Positions 1-6,733 of a DNA stretch of 11,536 bases are shown one piece after another. The position numbers were made by a program, and so were the translations under genes. Location of the stretch: NCBI GenBank assembly GCA_963721455.1, contig CAVRJG010000002.1:1-11536 (forward strand), read 5' to 3'. Positions within the stretch are counted from its first letter, which is position 1. Every line of letters starts with the position of its first letter. Origin of the DNA: an uncultured Methanosarcinaceae archaeon (lineage in GTDB: Archaea; Halobacteriota; Methanosarcinia; Methanosarcinales; Methanosarcinaceae). Below the pieces are notes generated by a model that searched no databases, was not told where the DNA came from, and worked only from the letters and a program-made list of their open reading frames with translations.

Positions 1-10
1 TTGTAACTAT

Positions 11-1468
11 TCAGGGTATAGTTAACGGCGCTCCGCTGAGCGCCGCGAGAATACCGTCTATAACAGGTAAACCATTCTTTCTGATGGTCGAAATATATGC
101 TCTAATTCTGCAGAAAGCTTCCGCTCCTTGTATGGTTCTGAAAGTTCCTGATATTTTCTGCTGTAGTTTCATCATCCTTATGTCTCTTTCTGCCTGGTTG
201 TTTTCAAATGGAACTCTCAAATCATTGAGGAATCTCAGGATCTGTTCTTTGTGTCCTATAAACCTATCAAGTAGATTCCTTGCTTTGGTTTTTGGATTTG
301 CACCCCGTGTTCCTTTCTTTTGAGGATTTAGAGAAGGTGGGTTTTCTTCAATTCCTTTCATGACTACAGCATCGAACCTTTCTTCTAACGCTTTAATTTG
401 CTCAAAGTCCCAATCTTTGACTTGCTCTTTGCACTCATCAGTATACTTTTTCATTTCTATTAACAGTTCATTCATCTCTTTAGCCCATTGCTGTTTATAA
501 TTCTCTTCAATTCCAGTAAGTTCTCTCTGGAGATGAGCGTTGCAAAGAGCATGATCACATTCATAACCGTTGTAGGATTTCCATCCATCATGAACTGCTA
601 TTCCTTTAAACCCCGGAAGAATTCCCATAGCACCCATTGCTTCTGATCCTCTTTTTGGATGAGCAAAATAACAGGTGTATTTGTCATTAGAAGCTACGTG
701 AAGCCAATGGCCTTCTTTCTTGATTTTCATCCCTGTTTCATCGCAATGGATAACAGGAGAAGCTGTTAACTTATCTCGAATAATATTTTCAAATTCCTCT
801 AAATTCCGAAAACATTCTCGTTCTGCTCTAATTATGGTGGCAGAACAGATTTTAATCCCCATAACATCGTCAAAAAACTCGGAAATCCTTTCATAGGGAA
901 TAAACTGGTGGTTTTTACAGTAAATTGCTGAAGCTAAAATATTAGGACCATATTGGACCGGATATTTCACAGATTCTGGAAAAACAGCTTTATTTGATTT
1001 TCCACAGTGAGTACAGGTCTTAATCTGACTTCGATGTTCCGTAACAATAAGATTTACAGGTGGAATGTCGAAAATCTGTCTTCTCTCATAAGCTTCAACT
1101 TCAACATCCTCAAGAACATGTCCACATTCTTCGCAGCAGTTCAAAGAATGTTCTATTACCTAATCAGGATCATTAACCATTTCAAGAGTTGTTCCTGGAT
1201 GACCTTCTTGACCTCCAGGTTTCTTCCCACTCTTTTTACGGCGACTCTTGGGATTAGGTTTTTCTTTGACAAAAAAGTCCGTCGAAGGGGGTTTACTGCT
1301 GTTTCTGCTGTTTTGATTTAAGCGAGATTCTAGAATCCTTACACGTTCTTCTAGCTCAGCAATTCGAATAGTTTGTTCTTCTATGATATACCCAAGTCTC
1401 TGGATTACAGCAATAACTGCTTCAGGACCAGTTTCATAGATTTCCAGGATCTCTTCACGTGTAAGCAT
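11..1468 (-). CDS. IS66-family transposase (485 codons) with one in-frame TAG at 1160-1162 (pyrrolysine/amber read-through or nonsense mutation)
   Basis: ORFs 1160-1468 and 11-1144 share a frame and read ...MVNDPD-TAG-VIEHSLNCCEECGH.... Motifs: N-terminal coiled coil plus NSRNSSKPPS and KPGGQEGHPG, zinc finger CEECG...CTHCG, catalytic HCDETG and VHDG, CNAHLQREL, and NNQAERDIR. The TGA stop lies inside the terminal repeat. Confidence 0.9.
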
Positions 1469-1501
1469 AATAACGAAACAAAATAGGATTCAATTTATAT
1501 G

Positions 1502-1548
1502 CAATTTTTCCTCGAAAAGAGGAAAAATTGTAGCCTTTTAAAGGCTAC
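1502..1548. promoter_or_regulatory. Two abutting perfect palindromes in the IS66 end upstream of the transposase
   Basis: CAATTTTTCCTC-GAAAA-GAGGAAAAATTG (1502-1530, 12-bp arms) and GTAGCCTTT-T-AAAGGCTAC (1530-1548, 9-bp arms). A TATAAA box follows on the minus strand at about 1494-1499. The regulatory role is inferred. Confidence 0.5.
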
Positions 1549-1579
1549 CTGAATAGTTACCATTTTTTTAAATTTAAAC

Positions 1580-1653
1580 CTTCCCGAGTTTCGCCACCCG
1601 AATTGCGCCTCGGGAGTACGCTGTCCTTTTCGCTTCGCTCAAGAGGACTAACT
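1580..1653 (-). repeat. Structured hairpin repeat (REP/MITE-like), same family as the copies at 8378-8648
   Basis: The reverse complement of 1594-1651 is TTAGTCCTCTTGAGCGAAGCGAAAAGGACAGCGTACTCCCGAGGCGCAATTCGGGTGG, which matches 8591-8648 at 53 of 58 positions. Confidence 0.85.
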
Positions 1654-1889
1654 TTTGGCGAAGAACCATAGCTTTATGTTTGTTTTTGGGCAGCAGCTTC
1701 CTTTAGAGAAGTGAGCTTAATTGAACCGGATCAACATTATTAGCGTCTTAAACGGAGCCTGTCCCGAACGCAGTGAGGCTTTACCATAATGAATAAATTA
1801 GAAAAGTATTTTAAATGTTCTATTTTCAAAAAATGGAAAAGTTCATTGATTTCTGTCTGTAATAATCCTTTCATTTTGTTTTTGCGCTT

Positions 1890-1931
1890 TTTCGGACTAG
1901 CCCGAGCATTCGCTCGGTGAAAAGACAGGTT
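1890..1931 (+). repeat. Hairpin-containing direct repeat, copy 1 (left boundary of the two-gene cassette)
   Basis: TTTCGGACTAGCCCGAGCATTCGCTCGGTGAAAAGACAGGTT, with stem CCGAGC/GCTCGG. It aligns with 3898-3937. Confidence 0.7.
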
Positions 1932-2290
1932 TTGGATAGTAATCCGATTGTTTCGGCTTTGCTCCCTAACATCGTTTCATACTTTTGCTCTGGAGATAAG
2001 TCAACTATCCAACTCAGCTTTTCTACTGATGTATTTCAGCCTACCCCGCAGGGAGTTCCGGTTGCTTCTCAATATCAGTCATCTGGGTTTCCCTTGCGGA
2101 TTTAAACGAACTTCCTTAATATGATCATTCTCTTTTTGAAGTGCAACATGATATTAAATCTATTTAATTTGTAATCAGTGATGGAGTTATAAATTATTAC
2201 CAATGTTTTTGAAAATAAAAATTTTATTATTTATGGTTTTTAACCCATAATAATGCTTTAATAACAAATAAAAGAGTATTTGACCTTTAG

Positions 2291-2306
2291 AGAAAGTATT
2301 ATATAT
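2291..2306 (+). promoter_or_regulatory. Putative archaeal promoter (BRE + TATA) for the two-gene cassette
   Basis: Purine-rich AGAAAG followed by TATTATATAT, about 55 bp upstream of the ATG at 2362. The region is AT-rich, so chance matches are possible. Confidence 0.45.
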
Positions 2307-2361
2307 CATCGAGAATAATATATTGTTTGAACCACGCCATCACTTAAGGTGTGGTATAAGA

Positions 2362-3135
2362 ATGTGGCAAATGCCGGAGATATATCATATGGAATACGCA
2401 AACAAAGAATCTGCATACAAGATGGTGTTTAACAAGGATTGTTTAAAAACGACTAAAAGAGAACGTGATCCAATCACCGGGAACGATCTGGAAGTCGAAA
2501 TAAACAAAATAAAATATGAGGATCTGGAGGATTTTGATGGACTCAACATCGTGGTAAAATCTATTCACCCGAGAAGTGAGGATGGAGTCTTGAAAAGCCT
2601 TGAATTTGAAATAAGTCGTATTTTTTCAGAAAAAGAACATGAAGTGAAAAGGAATGAAAGCCCAGGGTACGAAGCTATTGGAACTGACAGTAAAATTAAA
2701 CTTGAAGAAACTGTTCAGATCGATGAAGGATTCAGCTCTTTCCGGGGTAGATTGGGGTATAACCAAAAACCAAAATTAGATACGTTCCTTGAAAAAATTA
2801 AAGAACTTGGAGATAACAAAATTCGGGTTGAATCCCAGCACAAGCAACATGTTGCAATTAAGTATCACCAAGGTCGCGCAAAGGCCTGGATGGTAATAAA
2901 AGTCTCAGGAAAAAATCTTTACTTGTGGTTAAGGGTTGACCCCGAGAGTTTCAAAGACAGTAAAAACCTTGCAGTCACTTATGATGATAATTCGAAAACT
3001 CATGGAAACAGGCGCTTGGACTTGATGAGCTCAAAACTAGAAGATGTTATGGAATTAGTGCGCCAGTCTTATGAGTTCAGAAAAAGGAATGACTTCTACG
3101 AGAAATATTCAGAAATAGTGTCGACAGTTGAATGA
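2362..3135 (+). CDS. Hypothetical protein with C-terminal DUF5655-like (YjbR/MmcQ-like putative DNA-binding) domain
   Basis: The ORF is open from 2323. Likely starts are ATG 2362 (GGTG upstream) or ATG 2389 (GGAGA upstream). The C-terminal ~110 aa (FLEKIKELGD...KQHVAIK...LYLWLRVDPESFKDSKNLA...HGNRRL...LEDVMELVRQSYE) follows the DUF5655 pattern as I recall it. The N-terminal ~110 aa is unrecognised. Confidence 0.75.
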   Translation: MWQMPEIYHMEYANKESAYKMVFNKDCLKTTKRERDPITGNDLEVEINKIKYEDLEDFDGLNIVVKSIHPRSEDGVLKSLEFEISRIFSEKEHEVKRNESPGYEAIGTDSKIKLEETVQIDEGFSSFRGRLGYNQKPKLDTFLEKIKELGDNKIRVESQHKQHVAIKYHQGRAKAWMVIKVSGKNLYLWLRVDPESFKDSKNLAVTYDDNSKTHGNRRLDLMSSKLEDVMELVRQSYEFRKRNDFYEKYSEIVSTVE

Positions 3136-3165
3136 ATTTTTGAAAAATAATATGGGGGTAAAAGT

Positions 3166-3882
3166 ATGGAACTTGAACAAAAAAAGATGAATGGAGAAAT
3201 TGACAAAGCAATAAATATACACACGATAACTTCTGGTCGTCAAATAATGCTGTGTAAAAAACGTGACATTACCCAGAATAGTCCTTACATTTTTCTTTGG
3301 CCTGGAGAAGGTAAATATACTAATGATAAAAATTTATTCTACAGGGTCTACAAAAATGATTTGGAAAAATATGGAAAAGTTTTTTTGTTAAACAATTTAG
3401 GCAGCCAATATCAAAAAAACCATCAAATACAGGTGGTTAGTGCTGGAAGACAATACACGAAAATAGTATCTACAGTCGAATACTACCAAATTAGACCTGA
3501 TCGCAGAATGTTTGAAGAACTTAAAAATTGTGGGGAGTTTTCTTTATGGGATGTCGATAATGGCCCGATGAGGTATTTCACACGCCCCGACGGTCAACTG
3601 CTAAAAAGTGGCTATATTGCAATTTACAGAGCATATAAACTTCCACGGCGTATCATTCATAATGACATTAATTTTAAGAAAGGTCTTACCCCATGTTTAA
3701 AGGATACTTCCTTTGAAAGAGTGATGGAGGCAATAATTAATGGTAGTGTTAGTCCAGTCGAAGCAGTAAAAATTAATGATGAAAATGATTTGCTAAGAAG
3801 ATCCCATATAAGCGGGGATTATTTTGAAGAGAGAAAACAAAAAATATTAGACATTATTGGAAAGTATCCACCCTACAAATAA
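3166..3882 (+). CDS. Divergent DUF1802-like protein (family associated with restriction systems)
   Basis: 238-aa ORF with a GGGGG RBS, 30 bp after the upstream gene. The blocks SGRQIMLCKK, FLWP, FSLW, YIAIYRAYKLP and ISGDYFEERKQKI are collinear with the remembered DUF1802 consensus (GRQxxLLRK, FLLYP, FHIW, YVLLLRVYRLP, LSDEEFxxRxxxI). Not HMM-verified. Confidence 0.7.
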   Translation: MELEQKKMNGEIDKAINIHTITSGRQIMLCKKRDITQNSPYIFLWPGEGKYTNDKNLFYRVYKNDLEKYGKVFLLNNLGSQYQKNHQIQVVSAGRQYTKIVSTVEYYQIRPDRRMFEELKNCGEFSLWDVDNGPMRYFTRPDGQLLKSGYIAIYRAYKLPRRIIHNDINFKKGLTPCLKDTSFERVMEAIINGSVSPVEAVKINDENDLLRRSHISGDYFEERKQKILDIIGKYPPYK

Positions 3883-3897
3883 ATATTGTAAGGGAAA

Positions 3898-3937
3898 TTT
3901 CGGAAAGACCCGGGCTTCGCTCGGTGAAAAACAGGTT
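3898..3937 (+). repeat. Hairpin-containing direct repeat, copy 2 (right boundary of the cassette; could also act as a terminator between convergent genes)
   Basis: TTTCGGAAAGACCCGGGCTTCGCTCGGTGAAAAACAGGTT. It lies between the stops of the DUF1802-like gene (3882) and hsdS (3984). Confidence 0.7.
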
Positions 3938-5400
3938 ATAGACACCGAATACGGTTTTTCGGGCAAGATTTATAACTTTATTTTTATTCTTGGACGGCAG
4001 CCCCTTCTAACAAACCCCGAACAACCATTTCCATAAGTTTCCCTCTATCTTCCCTCTCTTTTCTTAGTTTTAATTCGAGTTCATCACACAAACCCATGAG
4101 CTGCTCGACTTTTTCAACGATACGTTTTTGTTCATTGAGGGGTGGTAGTATTATTTTTAAGTTCTTTATTTTTCCAAGAAACAGATTTGATTGAGCTGTT
4201 GATCGGGATTCTTCAATGATCTGGTTTTGAATCACAGGTGACCTAAGAGCATAAGCCAAGTATTTACTGTTTATATATTGGAGATAAGGCTTTACCAGTG
4301 CTGCACTTCTGACCATAACATATGCATCATCCTTGTCTACTACAGCAACTCTTCCACACTTCCTGAGCAGGAAATTAAAACATCATCTTTATTCGGATCG
4401 CATCTTTTTCTTAATTTTAAAAATTCTTTTTCTGGCACATAATCAACATCTTCCAAAGATATATCTCCGATTTAGAACATTTCGGGCTGATAGCAAATAG
4501 TAACCAGAAGATGTTCTTTCGGGAGTTGAGTGTTCCCCGTCAGTAATTTTTATAGATATATTATCAAGATAACACCATCTCCATCCTCTCGGTGGCTCAG
4601 AAGGTATTTCTTCATTGTCTAATTGTGCCACAGGTTCTGATTTCTTCGTCTTCTTTCCCTTAACCATATTCTCTTTTTCAGCCTTAATTTTCTCAATCAA
4701 AACACTCGCCGGCTCATCTTCTGGATTTTGAGGTACTAATTTCCCCTGAACCGCAAGCTGAAGAATCGCCTGCTTTAGTTTTTCAACATTTTCAGGGTTG
4801 TCGTAGAGAAGATCAAAATTTTCACAGATACGCTGCCAGTGACTTTCAAACTCTTCTTGATTTTCTGCGCTGAACATTCTGTCAAGGGCAGCGCTGTTGA
4901 GTTTGCTCTGAAGTTCCTGCTTTTTCTGGCGGCGGGTTTCGAGTTTGTCACAGAGAACCATCAGTTCGTCAATTTTGGAGACTATGCGTTTTTGCTCGGC
5001 GAGGGGTGGGATCGCAATTGGTATCGAATTCATTTTTGCTTGATTCATCTTCGGCTGCGCAGAACCCGTTACGTAGGGACTTAGATCAGTAGCGTTAACG
5101 TAAGTTTCAAGATATCTAAGAAAATCTAATGAAATTCCATCTATCACATGCGCGTGGTTATTAACCCAATATTTTCCTTCTGCAATAAAAGCAATCGGCG
5201 TTGATCGACTTAGAAGATTTGCTCCGTCTTCTCCTATCAGTAATAATGGTTTATCAAAAAGGTAGTTATCTATCTTATCAATAACACCAGAAGCTCCATA
5301 GTAGTCATAAACTTTTTCTCTATTTTCACGCTCAGATCTATAGTCACCTCCCCATATAATGCAACATTTATATATTTATAATAAGTATATTAATTTAATT

Positions 5401-5907
5401 ATGAGTTTGGAAATGTTCACTACTTCTGATATTGCCAAGGCTATATGTCGTTCCTGCAACAAAAATGAGCAGCTGAGACTTCAAGCCCTATTATTGGTTA
5501 AAAATGGTTTGAGTCCGGCTAAAATTGCAGAAGAGTTTTCAGTCCACCGTTCAACGGTTCACCGATGGGTAAAACGAGCTGAAAAAGAAGGTTTGTCTAG
5601 TCTTAAATGTAAACCTGGTCGAGGAGTAAAGTCTTTTTTAACAGCAGAACAAGTATCTGAGTTAAGCAAAGCATTTTCAGAGCCAATACCAACAGATGAC
5701 GGCTATTCTCGTGGTTGGCAAACAAAGGATGCAGTTCAATATGTCAGAGAGAAATTCGGAATATCTTATTCCAAATCAAGAATGAGACAAATTATTAAAA
5801 ATTTAGGGTTAAGTAAAATTACATGTAGACCTAGATCAAAAAAGCGGAATGAGGCATTGACAAACGAATTTATAGCCGAAGTTCAAAAAAAGATTACTAA
5901 ACCCTAA
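5401..5907 (+). CDS. IS630 transposase, N-terminal HTH part (ORF A)
   Basis: RLQALLLVKNGLSPAKIAEEFSVHRSTVHRWVKR helix-turn-helix, KPGRG linker, and a second winged HTH (WQTKDAVQYVREKFGISYSKSRMRQIIKNLGLS). The ORF is open from 5359, and ATG 5401 or 5413 is the more likely start. Confidence 0.85.
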   Translation: MSLEMFTTSDIAKAICRSCNKNEQLRLQALLLVKNGLSPAKIAEEFSVHRSTVHRWVKRAEKEGLSSLKCKPGRGVKSFLTAEQVSELSKAFSEPIPTDDGYSRGWQTKDAVQYVREKFGISYSKSRMRQIIKNLGLSKITCRPRSKKRNEALTNEFIAEVQKKITKP

Positions 5908-6412
5908 CCATTTATTCGTCACTCACGATGAGAGCAGTTTTTGTGTGGATTCAAATAGATCAAGATGTTGGGCAATCAAAGGCTCAAAGCCTATTAAATT
6001 TACAGGTGGTTCAAAAGCCAAAATCAATATTGGGGGATTCTACACTGAAAATGGAGAGTTTTATTGGTACGATTTAGGAAGTACACAGAATACAGACTCT
6101 TATTTAAAATCATTAATCAAGTTTCAAAGAGATATAGGGACAAGGATATTTCTTCTACTGGACAGGGCTACATGGCATAGATCCTCAAAGGTAAAGGAAT
6201 TTTATCAAAATAATAAACATTGGTTGCAAATACTATTTTTCCCTCCAGCTACTCCAGATAGGAACCCAACAGAATATTGTTGGAAAACGACAAGAGAAGA
6301 GTTAACATCAATAAAATCATTCAAAAATATTAAAGTATTAAAAGAAGAACTGGATGAGTTTTGGGAGAGACATATATTTACACATAAAATGTCGCATTAT
6401 TTAAAATGGTGA
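5882..6412 (+). CDS. IS630 transposase, DDE catalytic part (ORF B, reached by frameshift at an A7 run)
   Basis: The +1 frame from 5882 reads FKKRLLNPNHLFVTHDESSFCVDSNRSRCWA...LLDRATWH...PPATPDRNPTEYCW, giving the D-D-E triad. The first catalytic Asp lies upstream of the GTG at 5945, so fusion with ORF A is required. Confidence 0.85.
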   Translation, partial: FKKRLLNPNHLFVTHDESSFCVDSNRSRCWAIKGSKPIKFTGGSKAKINIGGFYTENGEFYWYDLGSTQNTDSYLKSLIKFQRDIGTRIFLLLDRATWHRSSKVKEFYQNNKHWLQILFFPPATPDRNPTEYCWKTTREELTSIKSFKNIKVLKEELDEFWERHIFTHKMSHYLKW

Positions 6413-6733
6413 CTATAGCTACTGGTATGCGTTCACCATCACGACAAATAACTACATCACCAAATCTTACCCATTCCCAACTGATAGGCAGATCATAAAG
6501 AATTCCACTTATATCCGTCAGTGATTGCAATTTCCTTTAAGCTGCTGCTCCCTAACCAATCCATTCTTCTCCGCCTTAATCTTCTCAATCAAAATACTCG
6601 CCGGCTCATCATTCAGGTCCTGTGGCACAAGTTTTCCCCATGACCGCAAGCTGCAAAATAAGTTCTCTCAGTTTCTGGACTCCATTCGGCGCATCGGCAA
6701 GCAGTTCGAAGTTTTTAAAAAAAACGTCTGGTT

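Larger units (their letters stand above)
3..1560 (-). mobile_element. IS66-family insertion sequence (single-ORF, ISBst12-like subgroup), 1558 bp
   Basis: Perfect 13-bp terminal inverted repeats GTAACTATTCAGG (3-15) and CCTGAATAGTTAC (1548-1560), with the GTAA ends typical of IS66. They enclose one IS66-type transposase. The right flank CATTTTTT (1561-1568) ends in TT, matching bases 1-2, which is compatible with an 8-bp target duplication that lies mostly outside the window. Confidence 0.93.
5341..6415 (+). mobile_element. IS630-family insertion sequence, 1075 bp, inserted in hsdS
   Basis: Imperfect 29-bp terminal inverted repeats (TAGTCACC...ATAATGCrACATTT, 22/29 matching). TA is duplicated at 5339-5340 and 6416-6417. 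The empty site reads CTAG, the classic IS630 target, and restores the HsdS frame (DGERIPVARSERENREK). Confidence 0.95.

Noticed and set aside
84-1321. Plus-strand ORFs 84-323 and 1007-1321
   Set aside because: They are antisense to the IS66 transposase and have no independent support.
1757-1781. AGCCT...AGGCT hairpin, possibly another repeat or IS end fragment
   Set aside because: The stem is only 5 bp and there is no second copy in the window.
1917-2105. 62-aa plus-strand ORF
   Set aside because: It starts with GTG inside a repeat, has no RBS, and shows no recognisable motif.
2375-2391. GGAGATATATCATATG resembling a pET/T7 vector RBS-NdeI junction
   Set aside because: The match is imperfect, there is no other vector sequence, and it is explained as a native RBS plus ATG.
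1890-3937. Integron attC sites
   Set aside because: There is no paired RYYYAAC...GTTRRRY core around the hairpins and no integrase in the window. They are kept only as generic direct repeats.
4670-6660. Internal direct repeats in hsdS as a shufflon
   Set aside because: They are the normal duplicated conserved regions of HsdS. There are no inverted silent TRDs and no invertase.
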